From Camelus dromedarius (Eukaryota), in assembly GCF_036321535.1 (NCBI RefSeq), contig NC_087437.1:111912001-111976000 (forward strand): DNA of 64,000 nt, given 5' to 3'. The position numbers and the translations under genes are program-made. The notes beneath the pieces were generated by a model. The model was not told the DNA's origin. It worked only from the letters and a program-made list of their open reading frames with translations, and did not search any database. Below, in pieces: positions 24,236 through 37,950 of the stretch. Every line of letters begins with the position of its first letter. Positions within the stretch are counted from its first letter, which is position 1.

Positions 24236-25629
24236 AAAGATGAGCAAGATGAAATTGATCACTTCCAAGTGTGACAGGCTAAATCATTTTTGTCTCTGCA
24301 AACTAGGCTTCATTCTGCCTCTGAGCAGTGGGCTGTGACAGGATGAATTTCTACTGGATAAACTAAAGTGGTGGCTTGGACAACAAGGCAATTCTTCATC
24401 AAGAGACACTTTTTTGTTGCTTCTGATTACCTGCTGGCAGGAACTAAGTTTGTCTGTTATATATGTGCCATGTGTGTCAAATCAGAGTCTTTGAAGTTGT
24501 TCAAATAAAAAGGATTAGTCATAGTTCTAGGGAGATATAAAGACTAAGCCAAAAGAAGCAGAGTTCATATGGCTTCATGCATCTGTTAACCTGGCTTCAA
24601 CACATTTCCTTGTTGTAGTATGGGTATTTTATACACTGTTTGCCTTAAAATGGCCACAGATTTAATCAGTTCTTTATGGTACTAGACCTCTTGTATCCAC
24701 AAAGAAAGAAGATGTTCCATCAGTGCCTTAATAGCACAACTAATACAGAGTGGCAGTACAATCCAGTCAGAAAGCTATTTCTCAGACCATTACATTTATA
24801 TATAAATATCATATATTGCTTTTAAGCTTATTTTCTGATCTCCTGCCATCAAACACGACTTACTGTTTTGTTATGATAAACTCTATATGAGAGTTTATTT
24901 TTTTTTTCCTCTAAAATGGGTTTTAAGAGCTGAGGCTATTTTAACAATATTTTTGAAGTTATGTGATTTAATTCTTATTTACTCGATGCTGTCAAATATA
25001 CATTTCAAAGATGTGTTATCATTTTCAAATGCTAACTAGTTAAGGAACATAAAACTTGGTAAGTGACATAAAACTTCATTCATAAATCCCATACACATTT
25101 CATCCATAGTATCAGAGCAATCCTGTGTATAACATATATGCTGAAAAAAACAGATGTGCTTGTATGTTGCAGAAATTTTTTATTTAAAAATGCTAATCAT
25201 TTAAAAAAGACCTAAAGATTTATTTTAAAAATCAGCTTGAATCAGAATTCTGATTATTTATTATTATTTTGACAGTAAATACTTGATATATATGTCACCA
25301 CATAAACAAAGAGAAGTGAGATGTTACTGTAAATTTTCATTTCTTTCTTTTATCATAGGATCCATATATACACAAAATTGATTCCCTGAAATAGCAGTCT
25401 CCTTTAGTACAACTAGAAGTATTTGATTTACAAAAATTAAAAATACACGTGTGTTTCAGAGCCCACCCAATAATTTTTTTGAGTAAAATTTTTCTGGCAG
25501 ATACATCTTTGCTTCCCTAATTGCTACCTCCTCCTCTATTGAATTTGTAATCAACTTTGATATATATTATAAAATAAAAATATATAGCAAAATTATTAAA
25601 CATTTCTATATGTTTAATTTTGAATTTCT

Positions 25630-25760
25630 TCCTTTCATTCATTTAACAAATATGTCCTGAAAACCTACTATGTGCCAAGTATATGTGTGCTGGGTTATAG
25701 CAGTGAACACAATTCCTGTCCTCATGGAGTTTATTCTGATTCTGGTGGAGATAAGAAACT
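25630..25760 (-). mobile_element. L2 3' end
   Basis: ttcattcatttaacaaatat...cctactatgtgccaag...cagtgaaca...cctcatggagttta. Confidence 0.7.
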
Positions 25761-26518
25761 GATGACTTTAAAAAATGTTAAAGTCTATCAGATGCTGAGT
25801 TTCTCAGAAAAGAAAAGGAAAGAAAAGGAAAGATGGCTCAGGTCAATACTTGTATCTTGCTAATCTGAATCCTTCTTGGAAGTTGGCAAGGTGCTTATCC
25901 CTCAATTATCAACCGCTTGGGCATCCTGTGATGATCGTGGTACCGCTCTAACTGCAGTGCACAAACAGAAAAAAATCCTTTTCCGACAGTCGTTCCCACT
26001 TGATGAGTCATTTGATGGGAGCAATGGGCTGTTGGAATTTGCTGAGAGTTTCACACCAGGTACAATTCTAGGTTTACTTTGAGGTCAGAGAAGCCCACCT
26101 TCAAATCTCACCTCCTACCATGACATTAGACCAGTTACTTGATTTCTCTGAACCCAATTTTTCACCTGGTAAATGGGTATACTAACCCTTCCTCAAAGGA
26201 CTGTCATTCCGATTAATGAAACAGTGGGTGGAGAGAGCGTGGCAGGTGGGACTTACCTTACGCAAGGTCTCCTTCTAGTGGCAGAACCCAGATTAGAACC
26301 CATCTCACTCTGGGCCTGTCCTTCGTCTTGTCCCCTGTTTGCATTTCATAACCTCTGCTGGTTGCCATGTGACAAGTATCATTTATTCAGAAGACCTGAT
26401 CCCTCTGCTGTGCTGTCACGGACCCCACTGGGCCTCAGTTTCCCCTTGTGTAAGATGACGGACTTGGAAGAGATGGTCTTTAGGGTCTTTCTCAACCACG
26501 CACTTCTGTGACTCCAGG

Positions 26519-26628
26519 TAGGGCGACCAACCGTCCTGGTCTGCCTGGAACTGAGAGGCTTCCCTGGACATTAGTCTTCTAGTGCTGAAATCGGCAGAGT
26601 TCAGGCACACAGGGATGAATTCACTCTA
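26519..26628. mobile_element. MER94-like hAT-Blackjack MITE
   Basis: TAGGGCGACCAACCGTCCTGGTCTGCCTGGAACTGAG...AGTGCTGAAATCGG...TCACTCTA, with TIR-like ends resembling TAGGGTGACC. Confidence 0.75.
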
Positions 26629-29600
26629 ACTTCAGGCTTCTCTCTCCTTGGTTTCCACCATCGCCCTTCCTGATATTCCACTGCACACCTAGAATTGAAC
26701 ATAATCCAACCAAAGAATCCAAACGTAAAGTAAGCAAAGCAACCATGCCACAGCCATGCGGGCCCCCCAACTCTTCATCCATCCTTTCTTCTCCCTTAGC
26801 AGTTTCCCAACTGAAAGCTGGTTTGCAAACCTTGTTAATCATCTTCTTCTGTGGTTTTAGTTCTGGTACCTAGTCGTCCTAAAGCGGCTGACCAGCAGTC
26901 TCAGGAGACTAAGGAACAGTCTGAGAGACTCTCTTAGCGAGGCCCCTGCCTCCAGTTACCTCGGTGGCAAGGAATCAGTATTTCCAGAATCCCACCACCT
27001 GGCCTCATCAGGAATGGTCCCTAGTGAGTGTAAAGGCAAGTTTCTTCTCCAGCGCCTGCTTTATTTTTATTCTCCTCATCATTATTATCATTGTTACCAA
27101 AAGATAGTCACCGCTATGGGAACTTGAGCAGAAAGGGAGCACTCAGAACACGGTGTTTTGATTCTGCACGGAGGCTGCACACCTTTCTGCAGTTCCCTGG
27201 TGGGGACACTGGCTCTGCCAGCCCCAGCTGAGATATCACTTAACAGTGCGAGCCTTCAGGGGCAGGGTCTGCTCAACATGTTTACAAGATGTGTAGCTAT
27301 TAGCAACATCTTACAGCTCACGCTAATTAATGGGGAGGAGAGCGGCTGAGGCAGCCAGGCTCTAAAGAGGGCCAAATTGCATCAGTGTTTGGGCTTCAAA
27401 TTAATACCAAAAAATAACTCATCACAGGTGGGTTTTGAGTAGCATCTTCCCCTAGCAGGTTGGTTGTTTGCTACGCCTCAGTTAAGCAGATCCCACAGTG
27501 GCCAAAACGCCAGGGTTACGAGTCTATTAAGGTCAATTAAAGTGGTTAAGCCTATCTGTTATTTCAGCTGCGTGACAAAGACTCTCCATGTGCACCAACT
27601 CCCATGAATCCCACACCAGGAGCAACCTGATTATTAAGTCCTGCCCTGTCGTGGTTGGGGGCGTAGATTTGTGTGCTGTTCTGAGCCTTGTACTGGAGGG
27701 GGCACTCTCCCATCTAAGACACACACACCCCAGTTATTCCAGCAGGAACACAAAGTTTCCCTCACATCTATGATATCTCTCCATGCTGAATTTTCTTTAT
27801 CAGGCCAGTAGATGAGTTTTAGTTCTTATTAAAATCACCCTTTTACTTTATTAGTAGCTTCTTTGGCAGACAATGACCTTAACAATAGTTTATTCAACTT
27901 CTGCTTCAAGTTATAAAAGTTTCATTTAATTAAGGGAAAAAACTTGGAAATTTGAGGTCACTAGCATTGCCACTCTCCTGGATTTTATTGTCCTGGGTAC
28001 CTAGTTATTTATTGCTTTTTGCCCCCTTGGTGGGAAGGTGGTGGGTTTTACCACGTCCATTTTATGAAGGGTAAAGTAGCACCCTTATGGTACTGCATCA
28101 TCCTACCAGAATTTAAAAAATAAATAAATCAAGATAAAAACCAGTATCTCTCAACTTCCAGCATAAGAGGCTGGTATTTGAGATATTCGCACCAGGGCGA
28201 AGTTACAGGGACATTTTGGCTCATTCTCAGCGTCACAGAGGAGATTTCAATATCCACTGGGAAACTGATCAGGCACCACCTAAGATCCCTTTGAGAACAC
28301 ATAACATACCAGCAACAGTGGTCACGCTGGCAGAAGGGAGAAGGCTGGTCAGAGGGGATGGTCAGTTGATAAGATTTTCACTTTGTATCCTCTACAGTAT
28401 ATTTTTTTAAAAAACAACATGTCTTATTTTTTTCAATAATGTATTTTTTAAAAGATCTTTTATTTTCAGGCTGTGATTCAGAGACTTCCTACTTGCTTGA
28501 TTGTGTTTGCCTCCATTCTCTGTCTATTTATTGAGACATAATTGACATACAGCTCTGCATACATTTAAGACGTACGACAGAATGACTTGACATACCCTAT
28601 GGCAATCTTAATGTAACCCCTGCATCCAGGTTGGTCAAGCCTTCTTATTCTGGGGGTGCTATGAGGTTAGGGTGGGAAAAAAAGTTGCAAATGGGAAAAG
28701 AGGAAGATGGCTTTGACACCATCCTATGCCAAGCTCACAGGGGCTCTGGGAGGATTGCTGCTTGCTAATTACACTTTGGTGAGTGCTCATGGTCCTTGGA
28801 GGAAAGACCAGCCACATAAATGCAAAATAACAACCAAACATTGCTTCTAATATTACCTAATGACTTTTTCTCTTGAAATTCAGTCTTGGCCTGGTCTTAC
28901 CTTTCAGTGGCACATAAACTACCTCTTCTAAGCTCCGAGGGTTCTACAGGACCCACCAGAGGCTGATGGAGCTGCCCTGAGGCTGGCTGCTTCACAAAAC
29001 ACTGTCATCTCTCTGTCTTGATCATTAGAGAAACCTTCTCCCTTTCAGCAAGTCTTTTAACTGCATGTAATTATTCCTATCTTGATTCTAAAACCTACCC
29101 CCGAGTCTGCTTTCCTAAAAGAGAGGGCAAAAAATAGGTTTCTGAGATCTCAGCATCCATTCAAGTGGCAGGGCTGAGAACAGACATCTTTCCTTCCAGG
29201 ATTGCTGCCACTGTGATGGAAGAACAGGAAAAGATGGACAGTTGATTTCCCCCTTCTAACCTGATTCCGTCTACTCGCCTTCATATCTCACATCCTGGCT
29301 GCGCTTCCGTTAACAGCAAGCCTGCAATTAGAAGCAACCACTTTTATGAGACATTGTTTTGCAAAAGCAAATACCCTCAATGCGTTGATTTACAAGGTTT
29401 CAGGGGAGCCACGATGGGGCCACTTGTGCAATGCCAGGCTAACTACTTTTGAAAGAGGACCATATGTTGCCTTTACAACATCTCTTTGGTGTTTAATTTG
29501 ATGAAACAATGTGCCATAATCAGCCGTGAGGACAGCAGCAGTGGTTGATGGAGAGGGACTCACGTGGTACAGCTCTGATTTCAATATCACCACGCTAATC

Positions 29601-29854
29601 CCATTATTCGCTTGAGTTGGCTTGTTTTGGGCTACCTTAAAAAAAGTTATTTCTTTAATGATTCAATCGCCTTGAGGTCCGGAAGATTTAATGTATCATA
29701 AAACTCAGTAAATAACCAGCCTGGCAACCCCTCCTTCTGGGTGGTGTTCTGGTGTCTGGGGGATCCTAGTGGAAAGCTTCAGCCTTCATTTACACACCAT
29801 TCAACTGAAGACTCAAAGGATAAGTTGGGAGCACAGAGAGGAGTGCATTCTAAG

Positions 29855-30005
29855 CTAGTGTTCCTTAAACTTTAATGTGCATATGAATCATCAGGGTCTT
29901 ATTAAAACAGATTCTGATTCAGCAGGTGGAATGGAGCCTAAGATTCTGCATTCTTAACAAGGTCATGTTGATCCTGCTGGTCTAAGAACCTCACTTAGAA
30001 GAGCA
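29855..30005. mobile_element. MER5-type hAT-Charlie MITE
   Basis: aaactttaatgtgcatatgaatca...cagattctgattcagcaggt...agattctgcattcttaacaag. Confidence 0.8.
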
Positions 30006-30092
30006 GGGCACTAGACGATCTTGAGAATATCCAATATCACCCCCACCATATAGGTGAAGAAATGATGCACAACCCAGTTGAATAACCAAGGT

Positions 30093-31518
30093 GCAGCCAC
30101 TTGGAAAACCGTAAGGAGGTTCCTCAAAAAACTAAAAATAGAGCTACCATTTGGTCCAGCAATTCCACTCCTTGATATGTATCTGAAAAAAACAAAAACA
30201 CTAATTGGAAAAGATTCATGCACCCTAACATTCACAGCAGCACTATTTACAATGGCTAAGACATGGAAGCAATCCAAGTGCCCATCAGCAGATGATTGGA
30301 TAAGAAGATGTGGTATACATACACAGTGAAATATTACTCAGCCATAAAAAAGAATAAAATTTTGCCATTTGCAGCAATGTGGATGGACCTAGAAAATTTT
30401 TTGATGTTGTATGTATATATTTTTATTGAAGTATAGTCAGTTTACAATGTTGTGTCAATTTCTAGCATACAACGTAATGCTTCAGTCAAACATGAACATA
30501 CATATATTCATTTTCATATTCTTTTTCACCATAAGTTACTACCGGATATTGAATATAGTTCCCTGTGCTATGCAGTATAAATTTGTTTGTTGTTTATTGT
30601 TTATCTATTTTATATATATACATTAGCCAGTATCCACAAGTCTCAAACTCCCAATTTATCCCTTCCCACACCCTTCCCCCTCTGCTAACCATAAGTTTGT
30701 TTTCAGTGTCTGTGAATCTGTTTCTATTTTTTAGTAAGTTCATTTGTCTTTTTTAGATTCCACGTATAAGTGATATCATATGGTATTTTTCTTTCTCTTT
30801 CTGGCTTTCTTCACTAAGAATGATGATCTCCAGGTCCATCCAGGTTGCTGCAAATAGCATTATTTTACCTTATTTTTATGGCTGAGTAGTATTCCACTGT
30901 AAATATACCACAACTTCTCTATCTAGTCATCTGTCGATGGATATTTAGGTGGCTTTCATGTCTTGGCTATGAATATTGGGGTGCATGTATCTTTTTGAAT
31001 CAAGGTTTCCTTTGGATATATGCTCAAGAGTGGGATTGCTGGATCATATGGTAAGCCTATTTTTAGTCTTTTGAGGAATCTCCATACTGTTTTCCATAAC
31101 AGCTGCACCAAATTGCATTCTCAGAGAATATTATGCTTAGTGAAATAAGTCAGATAAAGACAAATACTGTATGATATCACTTATATGTGGAAGCTAAAAA
31201 ATAATACAAATGAATGCAAAACAGACTCAAACTCACAGACATAGAAAACAAACTTGTGGAAGTGGGGAGGGGCAAATTAGGAGTATGGGATTAAGAGATA
31301 CAAACCACTATGTATAAAATAAATAAGCAATAAGGATATACTATACAGCACAAGGAATTGTCATTATCTTGTAATAACCTACAATGGAGTATAATCTGCA
31401 AAAATACTGAATTACTATGCTGTAAACCTGAGATTAATAAAATACTGTAAATCAACTATATGTCATATATATACCTATATAAAAGTTAATTTTTAAAAGT
31501 CTATACAAATAGAAAAAA
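30093..31518 (+). mobile_element. L1 3' fragment (plus) interrupted by an antisense L1
   Basis: ORF2 C-terminal peptide WKTVRRFLKKLKIELPFGPAIPLL...FTAALFTMAKTWKQSKCPS; resumes at about 31123; TSD AATAA(C/T)CAAGGT at 30081-30092 and 31519-31530. Confidence 0.88.
30400..31122 (-). mobile_element. Nested L1 3' end
   Basis: ttttattgaagtatagtcagtttacaatgttgtgtc...ttagattccacgtataagtgatatc...gctgcaccaaattgcattc. Confidence 0.88.
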
Positions 31519-34419
31519 AATAATCAAGGTCACCCAGCTTTTAAGGAACTGAAATAAAATTTGAAGCCTTATCTTCTGACTGCACAGCCTATTTATTTTG
31601 TATTTTTGTTTTCAACCTCTATACTACATTCCTTCTCAAGTGGGATTTAATATCCAGGCCCCGTCTTTAGTTAAAGAGTGGTGGCTGTCGTTTACATCTT
31701 CCATGAGCTGGTACTGGGTGAAATGATGAAATTTATCTCGAGTGATTAACCTTTCTGTTTCTGTATCCCTTTCTCTAAAAGATAATCTCTGCCAAACTGG
31801 AGTGCTGATATATTTGAATTTTAGAAAGAATCTGTTGAATCGAGGTGATATGTGGTCCAAGCAACGAGCGGCTGATACCCTAACCTGAGCCCTGAGTGGC
31901 AGCTGTTTCAGCTTCTGTCCTGTCACATTGAATTGGTGCTTGTGATGAATCTGGTCCCCAGGAGGGGAATGGCAAAGGAGAAAACAAAAATCTTTCAAGG
32001 TTTTTAGGGGAACTTAAGGCATCTTAGAAAACCTGGATAAAGTAAAGCAAATACATTTCTCATAAACCTCGTTTTAATTGCCATTCCTGTTTGCCATTCA
32101 TTTGACCCTTGGGTCATGGTTTAGGTACAGTTTTCTCAGATCAATACATTTTTTTATGTGAAAAATGTATTTTGGATGTTAACATTTTTAAAAGATGCTA
32201 AAAAGTGAATAGATTTGTTTTGTTTTGTTTGACTTTACAAGGAACAAAACAATAACCACCACCTTAGCATTTAACTGCTAAAAAAGTAGACACTGTAATT
32301 AACTCCTAAAAATAGCTCTCACAGAGCCATAAACACACCTAAAAGGCAAAATGTGGCCAAACAATATCAATTCAGAAAACTCACTAAACTCACACAAATG
32401 TCCCATTTTTTTTACAAATAATATTAGAATTATGTACCCAAAAGATAAACCAGTTTACAGCATTTATAGCATTTCCTTTAAAATAAAGGAATAAAGACAT
32501 TATTATTAGACTAGGGGGTCAGGCAGTCTGAATTTTAAACTAATGTGAATTTGAACCTTGGTTTCCTCATCTGTGAAACGAGGGAGGCAGACATCCAGGA
32601 CTGACATTTGATGAATTAGGTCTCACCTGGGGTGCAGCGCAAGAGTGGCATTTACCAACTGGGTTAGCTTATTAAGCTACATCCAAGACCCCGTGCTTTC
32701 CATTGGGTCTTCTGGATGCCTCACAAGACACTAGTACTTTTCTGCTTTAGCTGGTTGAGATTTCTCAGAAACCTCATAAGGGTAGATACAGATAAAGATA
32801 TAGATACTGATTATATATATATATTTATATATATATAGTGAGAGAGAGAGAGACTGCTGGACCAGGCGACCAGCCGCAGTGTAACACACAAACTACTCAT
32901 CACAAAAACAATATGAAATACTATATTGCAGGGGCAGAGAAGCTCTTAGAAGGGTCATTTTGCCACCCAAGAATACAATACATACAGGTCAACGGCATTT
33001 CCTTCCGCAGAGACCTGCGTACAATGGCCTTCCCCTTCCCCACTGCTAATTCTGCAGCTTTCTTTAGCCTCTTCTCCTTTTTAAAGCAGGAAGGCTTTGT
33101 ATCTTAGCCTATCACTTGCTATTAAAAATACTTCCGCCAGCAACTTTCGTTTCTCCTCACTACTAAGGCAATAAACAGCCCTAAGTATTTATTCATTTTT
33201 TTTTTCTTCAGTCTTTGCATGGAACTTGGATCAGCTTTGGTCTTACTCATCCCTGGGTTCTTTTCAATCGTGGTGGATTGTAAGGAGAGCCTACCCCAAA
33301 CAGATGACACGTGACCAAAGCCCCTGCATTTTGCAATAGCTTTCCATGGTAAAGGAGTCATTCCACTGCAAAATTCATCGGGAAATGCCATTTCTCTAAG
33401 CACATTTCTCTAAAAATAATATTTCACCAAACATATGCATTTCCTTAACTCGAAGTTCTTCACAAGTCATGGCCTCTGTCTTTAACATGCTCTAAAATGT
33501 CATGACGAAGTAGAAAAAAATATTAGGTTTGATGGAAAAGGAATGGGTGTTATAGGGAAGCACTGGCAAAATTCTGGGAGGAGCAGAGAGAGCTAGAAAC
33601 AGAAAGAGACCGCCCAAGGCTGGTCATTGTGCAGCCTTAGTGTAGAGTTCCTTGTTGTTGAGTTGTTTGAAACTTTCTCTCCTACTCCTGTTCCCAGTTT
33701 AAATGACCAATTTTGACACCAGAGCTCATGTGTGCAATATACTCCATACTCGGGCAACGTCATGAAAAACGATCCAACAGTATCAGGGATGAAGGCTGTC
33801 CCGCTTACTCATTAGCAGTCTAATGTTTTTACTTTATTCAGATTCCCAACAGCCAAATGTCATTGACTCTGCATATTTATGAATTAAGATTATACTTATT
33901 GTTTGGAACTCAATGCTGCAAACTAATAGTACAGGATTTCAGACACTGATAAGAGAAAAAGTTTTAAGAGATGATTGAATTAACTCATAATTGCTGCTTG
34001 CAAAATTGCCAAGAGATCTGATTTTTAAAAATTGTCTTTGGAGTACACGGAAACGTAATGATGAACTGACTAAAATATGAGACTCTTCCTAGTATTAGAA
34101 AGGGTTTGGCCTCCCTGGGGCTCAAGAAGGAAAAAGTTCTTACGTCAAAGATGTTAGATTGAGCTTGAATTTGAAAAAACTCTTAGTCTGTTACCTTCAT
34201 TTGTTTGTTTCTCCTATAAAGTGATAGAAATATATGATATTACTTTTTGTCTGCTCTTCCGCTGCAGTTATAATAAACCAAAGGGTTATATTTGCCCAGA
34301 CAAAAAATTATAACCAAACTGGTAACAAATTACATGGTAAAAATACATTCACGTTATTTCCTATAAAGCATTCTCCCTCCATAAATTAGTTTAATTTATT
34401 CTCAAAACACTTGAAACTG

Positions 34420-35480
34420 CCATAGAAAAATAAAATGGGTTTTATCTAATTTACACATAATTGCCTTTGAAAAAGTTTCAGAAATCTAAATGACGCGTTT
34501 TAAAAGACCAATGCAATTAAAAGGAAGGGAGGCATTGTAACCAGTTTTCAGTAACAGGTACTAAAATGAAAAGAAATGAAAGTTTTGATCTCTCCCCACC
34601 CCATCTTTTAAAATCACACATCTTAAATTAATTCCATTAGATTTTCAGCTGCTTTCAGAGAAGCAGGGTGCCCGAGCAGAACAAAATGTTTCCTGCCAAA
34701 CAATGGTCCTGCTTAATTTGATGCCTTAAGCGAAAACCCAACAATATTCCATGAGACCATTACACACTATTTTATCCTTTTCTTTTCTTTTTTTTTTTTA
34801 AATGTTTCACTTGCAGGAGCTGGGAGGGGAGGGGAAAAGGCTAAAACAAACTAATTTTTGGTCATTTTATTCCTTTTGCAAACAGTTTGAAGACTAACCA
34901 ATTTGTACTTACAAATCTGGGGCATTAGCAGGCGGGGACCCTAAATCCGCATGCATACAAGCAGTAACTGTTTGTATGCCAAGCTGTTTGTAAGCCTGAT
35001 TTGACAGGAGAGAGCTATTCATTCTTTTGTCAACTGTCAGTCCAAAAACGTTAACCTGCCCGGGTCCCGGGGTATGGGAGCGCTAAATCTTCCATCCTAC
35101 AACTGTATAATGAACAGACTGTTTCATTAGTGAGACAATTCACTCGACAAATCCAGCCCAAACAACTTATTTCACAATTTGTGAGCAGAATTAAATTTAG
35201 GGGGAGCCGCGAGAGAGGGGCGGGAGGGGAGAAGGGGGAGTAGGTGAGCAGCACACAATGTCCCGAGGGATCTCTGTGTTGGGACAAGTGTTGCAGGCAA
35301 TTTGGCCAGCAGTTGGGGGCTGAGGCTCGTGAGGCCGCGGCATGCAGATCAGAGGATTAGGGGGGCCAAAGCATTAGGTCAAGTGTCTCGAGGGGGGCTG
35401 ATAAACACCCCAAACCTGACAACAGATTTTCCTTTCTGCCTGCACCACTTGTTAAGTGTCAGAGCAAATCTTTTGAATGG
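34420..35480. promoter_or_regulatory. Putative conserved non-coding enhancer block
   Basis: No recognisable repeats, retained CpGs, dense TAAT/ACAAT/YAAGTG motifs; conservation cannot be verified here. Confidence 0.45.
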
Positions 35481-37830
35481 CAGTTGAGTTTACTTAGAGG
35501 CCCTTTCTTTAAGAAGACACTCTATCCATTTTCTGAAGCCCATTCCAGGCTGCCTCGGGAATAAATTTGCCCCGCATCTCGCACACAAAAAAACGTCTTT
35601 TTCCTCCACATCTTGACTATGAGCCTTTGTCTCAAGGTGTGTGAACCAGAACAAAAATCCACATCGAGAGCCCCTAAGGTTTCAGAGCCTCTGGATTTAG
35701 CTTTAATACAGATTAAACACTTTGAAGATTACACAATCAAATACTTTTTTGGGGGGTGGGGTGGGGAGTGGTGGGTCTCACCAAAACTCATTTTTAACAT
35801 TAGCAATGAATGGATTCAGCTAAATGGGAAAATTTTAAGCAGCGAATGGCCTTAGAATAACTTGATCTTAATAATATCCTATAGATACATTGCTATTAAT
35901 TCAAACCAAATAGGTAGCCAGCATGCTCAATTTCTTATGTTTTCAGAATCCCCAATGGGAGAAGCCATGCTTATTGTATTAAGTTGTATCTCTGTGTTAA
36001 CTCAAAGTGCATGATAGAAAATCTGTGTTGTAACATCAAATATTTTCTAACTAGGTTTGAGCAGAGATACTTTCCACTTTGAGATGTTCTAAAACGTTTA
36101 AATAGGCTCAAGTGTTTGAAGATTCTTTGTTGCAGCTTGGTTTTACTTTATGGTTTTCTCTTTTATTTCTTTTGGCAGTTAAGTTTTAAAAGGATCAAAT
36201 AGGAACGCCCTCTGAAAATGACAATGTCATTTTCCCAGACATTTGAATTGGAACTCCTTGGGGCAATAATTTTGAAGATATTTTTCTTTTAAAGAAGTAT
36301 TTTGGCTCTATCTTTGTGATCCCTTTTTTGAATTTAGGTCATGGAAAATATGTCATTGAAGTATTGAAAATAGTTTAAAAAGTGAGGACTTTTAATTTCT
36401 GTTGCTAACTCCATCCACTCTATAAAGAGTCTTCAATCAGGCAAACTAGTAACCAGGTCCAAAATGCTTCTCATTTACCCCTAAATTTTTGCGCATTAGA
36501 GCTATTATACTTCTAATAGATAACTACTCACATCTTTAGTTTATGAGAATTTCAAAGCTAAATATAATAATTACAAGGATATTCTACAGTTACTGCTGAG
36601 TCCTGTTACATTTACAGTAAGAAAAAATCCTTTGATCTCTTTTTTCACCCTCTTTTAGGAAAGAAAAATTTAGTATATCTCATAGTGCTGAATGCAACGA
36701 CCATTCAGCACAGTTTGGAGCCTACCCATGGACCTTGATGATTTAGTACATCCTGTGGAACAATTTCTCCCCCACCTCCGAAGAAGGTAGCATTTCATGA
36801 GAAAATTAACTTGGGATTTGCTTTCCCTGCACACAGGCCCTAAGCTAATCGAGAAAATCCCAGTTAACCAGGTGGTTCCAGTGGCCCACTGAGTTCTCAG
36901 ATGGCTAGAATTCTATGAATACTAATGGGAACGCGCAATCCCACGTAGACTTGCAGAGAATTCAATCTAATTGCCTCAAAATTCTGCTTCGTCACAGACC
37001 TTTCTCTGGCCATTAACTGCCTTGGCTCACTCTTTGCTTCCACACCACTGAAGACTTTCTGTCCACCCTCGAATCCATCCACACGGGCTCCCCGGATCAG
37101 TATCCTGGGGTTTCCCAAGACTTCCCAAGAGGCTCCAGTGCCTATCCTTTCTGCCTCCTTCCAGGACCAGATGATGAAATCCACACCCACTCTTGTCAAA
37201 TGTTCAAACAGCACAGGACAGAAAAAGGAATGAAGTAAACATTTTCCTAAATTCCCCTCCTAGAGAGATCCACTACCAATAGACTGGAGAACATTCTTCC
37301 AGATGTCTCGCTACCATTCATACATCCTGTTAAATAGAAATGACACTGTACCATACATGTCTTTTTATAAACTGCTTGTTTTTGCTTAACCATATGTCAT
37401 GGAGATTTTTTTTCATATCACCAACTCTGTGCCTGTATATTTCTTTTTAAAGGCAGCATAAGAGTCCCTCATATAGATACTCCTTAATTGTCTAATTAGG
37501 CCCTTTTGTGGGACATTGAGAGTGTGTCCATTTCTTTCATATCATAAAGAATGCTGAAATGAGCATCTTTATACAAACAGTTTAGTGTAATTTTCTGGTT
37601 AGCTCTTAAAGACTTAAAAGAGAAATTACTGGGTGGAAGGACGTACCTGGTTTTATATGTGTCGTCAAGTTGTCTTCTGGGAGTTAATTATATAATACAA
37701 GTCTTGCCAGCTGACTTTTGGCTGGTGGAGCACGCTGTGGCTGGGACGCCATAGTTCCGTGTCCTGATCCAGCCTCTTGCAGCTCTCAGGCCTTGGAACT
37801 GTGGTTTGTACTGTATCCTTTCTAGGTTCT

Positions 37831-37950
37831 TTTTTTTTTTTTCATTTTGCACATCTTTTTCTTAAACACAGTCAATTACAGTGTGTCGATTTCCGCTGTA
37901 CAGCAAAATGTCCCAGTCATGCACATACATGCATATATTTGTTTTCAAAT
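37831..37950 (-). mobile_element. Very short 5'-truncated L1 3' end
   Basis: Poly(T) plus an L1 terminus; perfect 13-bp TSD CTTTCTAGGTTCT at 37818-37830 and 37951-37963. Confidence 0.85.
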
